From the NCBI GenBank assembly GCA_030141605.1, contig JAQGDQ010000018.1, positions 248,001-312,000 of the forward strand: DNA of 64,000 nucleotides, written 5' to 3'. The notes under the pieces were generated by a model. The model ran no database searches and was not told the origin of the DNA. It worked only from the letters and a program-made list of their open reading frames with translations. The translations under genes and the position numbers were made by a program. This document shows positions 1 to 36,800 of this stretch, piece by piece. Positions within the stretch are counted from its first letter, which is position 1; each line of letters begins with the position of its first letter. This DNA comes from Tubiluchus corallicola (lineage: Eukaryota > Animalia > Priapulida).

Positions 1-1484
1 AGAGATAATTAAATTTCAGTGATTTATACATTATGCATAGGCCCGTAAACCACTGTGCAATGTGTTTTCATAATCGAAGTAATACTTTGGTTTGCTAAGA
101 ATTCACATTATAAACTGATACTGTGGGTAACGAAAGACGGGTTTTACAATACGACGTTCTCATTTTGCTCACTTTATTACAGATTTTGGCATAGCTCTTT
201 CTTATAGTCAGGATGTATATGGTTTGTAAAAGAAATGCAGAACTGCCTTCATTTAGAGATGCCTCATTGGAGAACCTCTTATTCTGTTTCCAATGGGAAA
301 GAGAGTGATCATGAGCTGCGTTTCTCAATATTTCATTCTTGCTATTCCACGTAGAATTCATCCAATGCGAATTGCACTATAATAATGCTTTTCAAGTGTG
401 ATCTGATGTATTTTGTTTATAGTTTAAGGACTTTTGTTGTTTTAGATTATGATATTTAGATTATAACTAGAGTTTTAAAACACCACTACTTGATGTTTAC
501 AAAGGTAACTGCAGAGGAACACGAATATTTCCACAATTATGCTTGTTGAAGTCTCTTTTGTGTTGTTTTTTGTTGAAAACTTTTTGTGTGCTTAAACATG
601 ATTGTACTATTTCCAACTCACAATGTGAGGCTTCTTTGTACTTCTCTATAACATTTAACTATAGGTATGCAGGTGATAGTTGTCCTGTGAAAAGATGCAA
701 CACTTTCTACTCTAAAATAGGTTTTAAGAAGTTTTTTTATTTGAACTATGATGATCATCTAAATACAAGCTAGCATTAGTCAGTTAAAAACAAGTCAGTG
801 TATTGTATCTGGTGGACATAGAAAGTGTGACTGTTTTAAACTGTTAATAGTTGTTATTATTTATAATAAGTTATCATCGTTTATGAAAACGAGTCCTTAA
901 GTGCAGCTATTTTGGGATTTTTGATTTTGTTAGTTTTGTTATTTTAATTTAATCTGTTTCACAAAAATCTCTGAAATCTAAGGAAATTTTTTTATTGGCT
1001 GTTTTAATGAATGCATTTTATCACTGCTGCTGTGACTTTGTTGAAACAGTTAATGAATTAAACTTTTACATTAAACCACTGTCATTATGTTTTTTTTGTA
1101 TAGTCTGATTCTTTGAAAGCCATGATTCAGCACTCAGTGGAAGGCCTACTTAATGTAGTGATGGTTACAATGGGACCAGAATCTGGCTTATTATCTCAGA
1201 TAACTTATTGATATGAATCGTTGATCCAGTGATCCAGTAGATCCTGGTATTCTGAAGAGAACGAGAAAAGCCTACAAATGTCCACATTGTGCATCATTAG
1301 AGTCCAGCAGATGTGTTCAATAGATGTAATTTTTCTTAGCTGTTGCAGCCCTTTACCTTTACTGTATGCGAGCAGTCAATGCAAAACTGTTACATAGCTG
1401 TGAATGAGCAGCTAGCTAATAATACAAGAAAATTATCATCTATGAATATTTGCCCTGTGGTGCTGAAATGTTAAATTAACAAGA

Positions 1485-1560
1485 ACACACACATGCACGT
1501 ATGCGCCCATTCTCACGCGTGCACATATGCACACACGCACACACACACACACACACATAC
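1485..1560. repeat. (CA)n-rich microsatellite
   Basis: Imperfect CA/CG/CATG dinucleotide run. Confidence 0.85.
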
Positions 1561-3266
1561 ATCTATTCAGTTTTGAAAATCAGGCCTATTTTTTTTGGCA
1601 AAAAAACAGTCTAAAGTCAGGCTTTTTGAAGCCTTGCTTATACAATTAGATACTCATTTCATTTATCAAGTATATCAGAAAACCTGTACTGTTGCATTAA
1701 AATAAAATTGATAATTACATATGTGTATACAATGATACATGTGTGATTTAGCAGCTTTGTATTTCTTAGACATTTGTTTGACTGATTTAGTTATAGTACA
1801 AAATTTATTGTTCAACTAGCACACGTCATGTAACTATAGGTACACATCGTAACTCAGTGGTGCTGATTGCAAAATAAAAATATAATTATAACTGCTGCTC
1901 TTACAAATAGCCCACTGCTGAAAGCCAGAGTTTAAGCCTGTGAGATTTGTATGGTGCAGAGAAAACGTCATTAACCATATCATATTCGAGTATACAGCTA
2001 GCCTATTACTGTTTTTTTAAATGTTTGCTTTTCTGTTTTTCCCGGTACTGATAGCATTTTTACTTTCATACTTATGTTTTAACTTTCAAAATTTACAACT
2101 AATTGTATTTCACTGTAACGAGTGATGAGATGCACTGTATTGCTCGTAAAATATAAATTATTATTATTATCATGTCTGACTGTAGGTATGCTAGCTGTGT
2201 TGTACAAGTACTTCGAACTTTTGTTATCGTATTTGATGGATAATTATTCGCTATAATGAATATACTTCTTTATACATTTTTGAAATGAGAGTACATGAAC
2301 AAAACTAAAAGGTGCATGAAAATAAAAGCATAAAAAGAGTGAAATTTGAAATGCAAACGTGTGCAGGTTAAAAATAAGTCTAATTTGCATACCTTGCCTT
2401 TTAATTTTGTTCATGTACCTCTCATTAGATGTAGTTCGAAATACTTAGTCAGCAAAGAAACATTGTATTAATAATCTCGTCAGGAATTTTGTACGTCTAT
2501 TTATTTTGTGAAAATTATGGATAGAAAGGAAAACAACAGCAGTAAGCAATTAATTAAAAACAAATAATTATTAATTATTAGCTGCATAATAGCAGTACAG
2601 CACTAAAATTAATTTTTGAATAATTTTTTCTTAATTATTTACCCGCTCTAAAGATGGCAGCACCAAGACCGTTTGCTCGTTTCGTCATAGTGGTTTCTGT
2701 GTTTGCTGTTGCTATGAGATGAGGCATTGTGAGATGCTACGTACCTTCACTCCTTCAGTGTATGTTGTGAGATGCGGATGTTTCTTGTTAAATATGTGCT
2801 GTGCTTTCCCTGATTTAATGAAACAATAATGCTTTTCTTGTTGTAGTGACTTGCAAGATTAAACTGTTTTTATAGTGTAACGTGATATCTCGATTTTGAC
2901 TTTTGTTTTTTATTTTTTTCATTTTCTGATATTACTGCAAGTCGTTATTGCGATACTAGTGACTATTTAATTAGTGCTGACTGAGAAGTAGGCAACACAG
3001 GTTCTGCCCGTGTAACTGCTTACGCGGTGCCTCTGTAGTATAGACTTAAAAGGTAAGAATTTCAAGCTTTAACTCTGGTATTTCATTTTTCGCAATATAC
3101 TGCAATTTATACCCTAGACTAGAGTGTCTCAATCATTATCATAGTTGTAAATCCATTGCTTTCCGTTCGATAATCGAAATGACATAATAAGAGTCTGAAG
3201 AAAAAGCATCCCAGAACAAGAAACAAAAGGTGAGAGAGAAAGCGAGAAACTTGAAATGAAGCAAGC

Positions 3267-3270
<4 letters not shown>

Positions 3271-3347
<77 letters not shown>
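3271..3347. repeat. (GA)n microsatellite
   Basis: Direct reading. Confidence 0.97.
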
Positions 3348-3501
3348 TCATTATACCAATGCTGAAGCAAATTTTTTAGCTCTTTTGAGTAGCTATCATA
3401 AACGTGCTAGGACAAATTAGCATTAATATTTTTTCTAAGACACATCTCAGTAACTACCATAGTGTGAGAAGTACATGTAACTTATTCTTTTAGTATTAGA
3501 T

Positions 3502-3908
3502 CAGGGGTGTGCAAATTATCTGACTAGACGGGCCACATTAAACATTCCTGCGGGCCACATGCAGTTTGGTCAAGGAGCCAAGTACAGTAGGACCTAATAA
3601 CGATTTTTTTCATCCGATTTGCACACATCATTAGTACTGCACTACTGCACTCAAGAAACTATTTTAGCAGTCTATATAAAATTTATATTAAAAATCATAT
3701 ATTTCGTCATGTCTGACAGTGACATTAAGTGATAACGGTCTTGTAAGGGTTAATGCCATCCGATCTAGAGGAAAAAACTACCCGCACTATCTTTGCGATA
3801 TTGGCATAGACTTCAGCTGGATCGCGTGGGCCGCACTTTCATTACGTTGACAAACCTCTTTGCGGGCCGCACAAGATCTCTCGGTGGGCCGCAGTTTGCA
3901 CACCCCTG
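3502..3908. mobile_element. hAT (Charlie-like) non-autonomous MITE
   Basis: TIRs CAGGGGTGTGCAAA / TTTGCACACCCCTG; perfect 8-bp TSD TATTAGAT (3494-3501, 3909-3916); subterminal gggcc(g/a)ca motifs. Confidence 0.92.
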
Positions 3909-4381
3909 TATTAGATTGATATGCGGCCAGCTGGTATTGTAACCATAGCAACCTGGTAATACAGCCTTTTATGACGTCAGAATTTCTTCGATGTAAACCT
4001 ATACTTTTAATATACAAGTATGAATTGGGTTGAGATGTCAGTGGGAATCTTAGTGTAGCCACGGCAACTCTTTTGTAATACACAAGAACTTATACATGTA
4101 CCTGATATAACTGTATTTGCAGCATATTTGGCATACAGAATTGCAGATAGTCATACAGACACAGGAAATTTAACCTGTCATCAGTGTAATGTATTGTAAT
4201 GTAGTATTCATAGCTTTGTTAAAAAGAGAACTATTTCTTTGTTTATTGATTTTGATTCTAGCCGTAGCTTAAATGAATATTTAATCTAATAATAATTAAA
4301 CATGGAAGTATTATAATTTAAATAAACAGAAAACTTGGAAAAAAGTAATGTTATTATTTTACTTTCAATGTGATGTTTCAG

Positions 4382-28908
<24,527 letters not shown>

Positions 28909-31900
28909 TTGAAAAAAATTAGTGTCAATTTTTTGCTCAATTTTTTTATAATGGTCTTATTCATTTAAATTATGCTATGTCATTTTTTTCAACTTGAAGT
29001 AATGGCGAATTGACATATTCATCATGGATTCCTCTGTGATGTTCTAAATTTTGGAACTGCATATTATCGACTTTTATCATACATTCTTACTAGCAAAGTT
29101 TAAATTTAAAAAAATCAATTTTTTTTGTGATTATAATATTATACAGCCATTATGTATTACATGTATCACCACAAGTCTTTTCAACTGATTATTATATTTT
29201 TATTTTTATAATGTATATTTATATCTACTAGTCAAAACTGAGTTGAAAAACTTTCAGTATTTTTATAAATATAGCAAATTCGTCCAAAGAGCCCTCATAT
29301 TCTATATTTAAAGTTGTTAGTTCTCATATGAATGATCAGTGCAGCAAGTGTTCGTAGGTATTACATTAGAAATAGTGATAGCTGTTGTGTTTGTCAGTTT
29401 TCATAGCATTTGTTTTGTAAACAAATAATAAAATATGAGCTCTGAATAATACATTTAATTTAATATCTTTTGTCAATTAAGGTTTTTTTATTATTATCCG
29501 TCAGCCACACAAAAGTCATTCATACCAATATACTGTCTGTCACTGTCTTAAGTATATGTTTAGCAGCTAAATTATTAACGTCTCTGCCTGAAATAGAGAG
29601 CAGATACTGGTATATAAAATTTCGAATTAATATCTTGCTAATGAGTCTAAGAATGTGAAATTCACGTGCTTTTGTTAAATATTCTTTCAGGAGAGACAGT
29701 GCAACATTGGTATATTAGTATATTACGACAGACGTTTCTGTCAGCTAGCTTTGTGATGCTGTTATATAGATCATTTTTAACAACAAATAAACAAGGGCAA
29801 ATAAAATATCAATTGGGACAAACATTTCATAATAAAGGAATTTACACTTATTAGAACATTGCACTTCAAAACGAGATCTGATAGATAGCAGATGATAATA
29901 TATATATATATACAGATACAAGTATAAAATATTTTGTACCTATTGATATTGACAATATTTAGAGACAAGACACATGTAAAATTAACACCATTCTGAGAGT
30001 GGGCCACTAGTTTCAAGCTTGCTTTGCTTATTTCAGAATGTTTTCGCAAGTTCCTCATCATTTTAAAGAATTTGTTAAAATACCAATTACAAGAAGAACC
30101 ACATGGCAATTTAATTGCTGAATCTGCAATTCATGAGAATTTTGATGACACCAAACTTGGCTTCATAAGTCTGTTATAAAAAGTCACTAGCACTCCTGAA
30201 AGTAAGCACTACCTGTTTTTGAAACAAGTCAAGCCAACTTTTTATGCAGTATTGAACAGTTAACATTTGAAAGCATTTCAAGGGTAACAGATTAACATTC
30301 CTTATCCGTTTAGGAAGGTTTTGGAACTTGATGGTGAACACTATTCTATTATTGTAGCCCCTCAATTTGCCGAGCGAGCAAGCTTGATAGTAAAACAAAA
30401 CAACACTAACTTCAAAGTTAATGTAGATTCAAAAAATTCTCAACTAGTTATTGCAAGATTTTACAGCAACTTGAACGTCGTTAGTACGTTTTTTATTTCC
30501 AAAGAAAACTGATAATCAGATCAGCAAGTGACTTACGAAACCCCGTATTTGCTTAGCTATGATAATTAAATAGCGCTAAGTCTGGTTAGTTAATTGGATG
30601 CCCCCTGGAAAAACAGTTACTGGAAAATCTGCCATACTGCCACTGATCTGGACACAGCTGATCGAAATGCCTCTTGGTTCAATCAGTCTCTCATATCTAG
30701 AGGCTTATTCTTAATCATAAACTAGATTCAGGTCCCATCACAATTGAACACAAATATAAAACCGAGTGGATGCTGACTTGCAGTGTGTCTAACTGTACAA
30801 AAAAGTTATGTGAAAAAGCTATACACACACAATGTGTTACTTGATAACTTTATTTCAATGTAAAAATAGTGTTATATTATAATGTTCTATTACATTTAGT
30901 TGTAAATTATAGACCATTGTATAGTACCAGTCCATGATAAAACAAAGCGCAATTAATGTGATTGAAAAAATTGATACATATCTTAATAATAGCATGCAAA
31001 TCCAGAGTGACACTCTTTAAAGAGATGTTATTAAGAGCTGTATATTTGTAGTATATAGAATCTTATAGTTATCATATAGTTATACTTATCTTATAGTTCA
31101 TACTAAAAATTTTCAAGCAGTATTTTACGAAAGCAAACTGCATGAAATACTACAATATTTGTACAATGTACTGTATGGTGATAATAGTGTAACCAATTGG
31201 GTTATTTTACTGCTTGATTTGATCCAAATAATCATCACATTATGTCACAACGAATAAATTTTTTTTGGCAAGATCACTTGCCAAGAGAGAATCCTAATTA
31301 TACATGAACATCACAAGGCCATTTATATTATGGCAGTTATACAGATATCTGATAAAGTGACTTCCTGCACATCATAAATTTTTACACAATATAACCTATT
31401 TACTTGGGCATCTTGCATTCACTTGCCAACTAGTGTTGGGCTTAATAGATTGCTCCGATAACTTGCTAAAAAACCACCAAGTATAGATTACTTTGCCTCA
31501 ATAATCAACAACTGGCAAATAAATGATTTTTGTTGTGAAAAATTTAGACTTTTTTGCTTTAGGAAAATTATCACTTGTGATACAAGACACTTGAAACTTC
31601 ACAACGATATTCAAAGGAGAAATTGTGGCAAAATGTAAATTTTGAAACTCGCAGGACAGATTAGTAAAAATACAATGCTGTGAACTATAAGATACAAACA
31701 AACAACCGCCTAGTAGGTCTTAATATTATAGAAAATTGTTCTTATTTTAAAGAAATATCAATTTATATGTTATACTGATTAATTACACAAGATTACAAAT
31801 TTCACAATGCATTATTACATCGCAATTACATTCAAGCAATACATTACACAAGAAATGATAAAAATTCAATTTCCACAATATAAAGCAAACATTTAGTAGT

Positions 31901-32657
31901 TAACACATTGACTGCCAATATATAATGAAAATGTACTATGCATAATGCCAAAGAATTTACAAGAATGCATTCTATTAGTATTTATGTCATCCACATTATC
32001 AGTTATCATAAAGAAAGCCATAGTTTCTATGAGATAACTTCTAGCTAGCAATGAGAAATAATCCAAACTACAACGAGTAATCTCTTAGAGTAATAGACAT
32101 TATGGGTTTGCTGTAACCGGTCATCATGTGTTTGCACTTGTTTTTACCACAGCCCTACCAAAACAGTTGATGATTAATATAGTACTACTGTACAAATTTC
32201 CTTTATGTATGTGCCTGAATATTTTATGATGCCGAGTACTGATAAAACAAAATAATCCAGCAAACATGAGGTAACACGAAAATAACCAGACTACCACCAA
32301 TAACTCGGTCTATTTACCACAAATACCAGGGAAGACCCATAGCGGAATAATTCAGTATGACTCACACTATGCTCATAGTTGACAGTCAACATGTTAATTT
32401 GATTACCTTGTACAAGTTATATATATCACAAGCTTGTTCATTTGACCAGAAACCTGTTTAATGATGCCAACAAGTTAGAAGAAATTAGTACAACAAACAG
32501 AGAAACAGCAGAGCTGTCATTTATTTATTCTTGAAAATTTTTACAAAACACGAAGCATTCATTTGAAATGACACTTGAATATCAATCTAAAATTATGATT
32601 CATTATATAAAATGTTATTGCTCACATCGCCTTTAGATTGTGCAGTAATTAGCTTTT

Positions 32658-32827
32658 TTATAGCGCAGTACGCTTTGAGCTCAATTTTTTCACCATTGGC
32701 AGTGGCTTCAAGTAATTTTTAGAGATGCAAGTTTCATGAGCTACATCACATGTAGTTCCTTCAGGGCAGCAATGTATGTTATCCTCACAACATACAGCTT
32801 TGGGCATAGGACAACAACCGTACTGAC
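32658..32827 (-). CDS. GRN: Progranulin last coding exon
   Basis: GQYGCCPMPKAVCCEDNIHCCPEGTTCDVAHETCISKNYLKPLPMVKKLSSKRTAL*. Confidence 0.93.
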
Positions 32828-33771
32828 CTGCAAATAATTTCAAGAATTTTAGAATTAAGAATATATAAGTAGAACTGCTACGAAGATAATATTTAAATTT
32901 TTATCATAAATTTACATTCTTTGAAACAAGTCAATGCCAAACAAACCAAAGGTTCTGCCCTTACAAACGAACACAAAATTTTTTAGGTTGTTCTTCAGTT
33001 TCACACTTTTAATATTGAGCAAAAGATTATTTAACTACGTGCTGTGAAAGAGCTACCAATACCAGCAGCACAATGTCGAGTTTACCTGACACGGTTACAC
33101 TTTTTTACTCATGACGACACTGATGTAATCAGAAATTTCATGTGCTGTTTAAAATAGTAAAATGACTTCTACTATAATAGTGTGACTTCAAATTATAATC
33201 CTCTGTTTAACTGTGCTCATTAATATATTGAAACATCCATTCTCCAGTCACGTTTAATAAGTGCAAATAGAAAGTTTCTTAGTTGCTACATCTACAGAGA
33301 GGTGGCATATTTAATGTTGTATGGAACTTTAGCCCATTGCACAGTTTATGCTATGGTGGAAGCAAATATTAGTGGAAGCAAACCATCTCAAAATGAAACT
33401 ATTAAAAAACAGTCATGGTTTACATAACTACATACCTGACGTCATTATACAGCAAGTTGTTTGGTCTGGGCATTCACTCTTTTCATCTGGACAAATTATT
33501 GCATTACTAGGAGGCTTACTAGCTGTTTTAACTAGTAGTGGCACACTTATGCCCTTCGAGTTGCAAGTTTCATGTTGAAGATCACATGTTGTGCCTTCTG
33601 GGCAACAATGAACCTTATCTTCACAACAGATGGCACTAGGCATAGGACAGCAACCGTAGCTACCTAAATTGAAAACAGTGAGTCACAGATAACAGTAATG
33701 CACTTATGCATTAATGCCTATGACAGGCAGAATAAGGTATGTGACCTTATCACATATATAAAAGATGTGTG

Positions 33772-33803
<32 letters not shown>

Positions 33804-36800
33804 TGCGTGTGTGCGTAAAAAACAGATCCCACAAAACATAACGCAAATAACTCACACAATTGTTAGGTAAAATGCAAGAAATTGCAAACATTGTACATGT
33901 ACGCAAGGAAAGCTAAAATTACAAATTAAACCAAATATGATACTTGAATAGTTTTACTTAAAGAAAAGGGGTACCTGAAGTAGGCTTCAGAAAAATTGTC
34001 TTAAAAACTATACTAATTTACAGCAATTTTAATATACCACACTTGAAAGGGATTTTTGTTTATTTTCATTTATATCACCTGCAATACTGTTCCGATTACA
34101 TGACGTCACCTATGCAAACGTAAATCAGGGGAAGAAAAGGCAAAATTATGTCCTAGAAACTTTCCATGCAAACTTATATTACTTAGCATTTTGCTTACCT
34201 GATGGAAGGACTTATGTAACTAGAAATAATAAGTTAAAATGTTTGTGGAATTGGCAAAATGTCAGTGACTCACCCCCTCCAGGGTGCACTACACACTAAC
34301 CAAAAACATATTTTTAATCTTATTGACAAGATACAGTAGTTTAAAATTTTACTTACTTAGTAACATGTATGCTACAAATACTCTGATTTTTTCAAACTTT
34401 ACTCAGTGTTATCTACACTTGCTTCAAACGACCTACCATCAAAGTAGCTACTCCTAATAGTCATTGCGGGAGTTTAAAACTACATGTTTTATACAGCGTT
34501 ACAGCCGATGCAAGCCTTCCATGCAAAAAGGTGGCATGTAAGTGGTATAAAATTTCGAGACTTTTTTTAAGTTTTAGGAAACTGGAGGGTTTTTTTGTGC
34601 TTTAATACATGACCAATTGCATATAAATCAACAGCTAACATTGGCATTTCTAATTAGACTACTGACTCTCGTTGAGGCAATAATGCACACCATAAATGGT
34701 GATATCAATACTTTATACAATATTATATTTGTCAAACTTTACAAAATAAATAAAGAAAAGCAGGAAATGTAATCATTATTCTCTAAAATAGAAAAGGATA
34801 ACACCGTACCATAATATGGGTAACAAAAACCACTTTTCTTATACCTCCTACGTTAACAAATATTATCATAGACAAACTAGTTAAACAGCTAGGTTATTCT
34901 GTACAATACCTGTGGTCATTATACAGCATGTGGTACCATCCGGACACTGACTTTCGTCAGGGCAAACTACAGACCGAGTTCTCAAAGATGCGGCAAACTT
35001 TGTAAATAGAGGTAAATTTCCATACAAAGATGTGCAAGTTTGATGAGCAATGTCACAGGTTGTTCCTTCTGGGCAACAATGTTCTTTATCTTGGCAACAC
35101 ACAGCTTTTGGCAAAGGACAGCAACCATACTGGCCTGTAGCAATACAATCAACAAATTTAGCATGTAATTTTTGAACAATATTTTCTATTATATAAATTG
35201 TTTTGCTTAGCACTGTCATCGGTTATCTTTAAACACTCTAAAACAATACACATTTGTTAAAAATACATTAAAATATCTAAACCAATGCACAAATGTTAAA
35301 AATACATTTAAAAAGTCTGAACAAATACAAAGTCATTCAAAAACATTCAAAGGCTCTAACAGACTAGACGGATTTCAAAAGAGGAACTCTATAAGCACTT
35401 TGTTTCTAAATGTGAGCAACTTAGCCAGTCTTATCAATTTGACTATACTGAATTCAAGCAAACTGTTACCAGCTTAAAAAATTAGTGGTAAAGGATTGAA
35501 AAGGCAAAAAACAAAATGGCTTAGTTTTTTGCACAAACAAAAATAAATCATAAGAAATTCTCAGGATAATTAACTTTAAGAATTGTATCAACTCCATGGT
35601 AGCCAAAAGGCAAAATGGCCTCTTAGTTTTTGCACAAGCAATACAAATCGTAAGAAATTCTCAGAACAATAACATTAAGAGGCAATTACGGCATCTACTC
35701 CATGGACGTTAAACATAAGTAATCCACATCTGTTACTTCATTTTAAAAATGGCCACAGCTTTCAAAACGGCTGGCACACAAAACAAAAATTAATATTTGT
35801 TTTGGATCGAGTACCGTTGGACGTACCAGTGCAATTGATATGCTTTAGCGCTGGTACCCAAAAATCTTGCACCCAAGTCTTCTGATACCCAAACGGTCAT
35901 GCCCAATAACTCCATTTTATAGAGTTAGAAATTATAACTATTATTAACAGTTAGTAGCAATAATAGTTGCTTTTCATGTGAAGTTAAATTAGTATTAGCA
36001 CAGAATATTTAAGAGAATTTTTTAAATGGACAGAAAATTATTTCAAGCAATTTGTGCCTGACCATGGCTTGAATCAAGCCGAATTGCAGTTTTTGTACGT
36101 TAGACAAGTCATGGTGTACTATATTAACAATGTGAAAGTTATTTTTCACTGGATCATAATATTATTTCTGTATAGCAGTATGGATAAATGAATAAACAAA
36201 TGAGTGAATAAATGAGCCAACGAATTAAACAAATCAACAAAGAATAAACAACCATTTAACCTGTTGTCATGATGCAGCAGGTGGTATCATCAGGACACTG
36301 ACTCTTGCCATCTGGGCAAATTATCGCGTTAAAACTCAATTCGCCGACCAGTTTAATTATTAATGACATTCTCTCTGTTCTAGATGTGCATGTCTGATGT
36401 TGAAGATCACAAGTTGTCCCATCAGGGCAACAATGTTCTTTATCTTCACAACAGACTGCTTTTGGAATACTTTGCAATAACATGAAAAAGGTGTCCAAAA
36501 TTCTGATGCAAATGTTCAATACTTATGTTTCAAAGTAAATCAATTAAATACTGCAAAATCATATAATCGAAACTAGAAAAAAAACTCATTCACTTACAAC
36601 AATTTTTTTAGCAGCAGAGTTAGAAAAAGATTTGACTAACTAAATTAACTAACTACTAACTATTACTCACTAACCTGTGCTCATCATACAACAAGTAGTA
36701 CTGTCTGGGCATGAACTCTTATCTGGACATATCACAGACTGGCTTGACACTTCTGAGGTAAACTTAGTAAACAATGGTAAATTGCCAAAGGAAGAAGTAC

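Noticed and set aside
1104-1211. Acceptor-like site followed by a 35-codon frame (SDSLKAMIQHSVEG...)
   Set aside because: No recognisable protein similarity or linked exons; could be UTR or noise.
3119-3370. ORFs with SLSLSL runs
   Set aside because: Translation of the (GA)n microsatellite.
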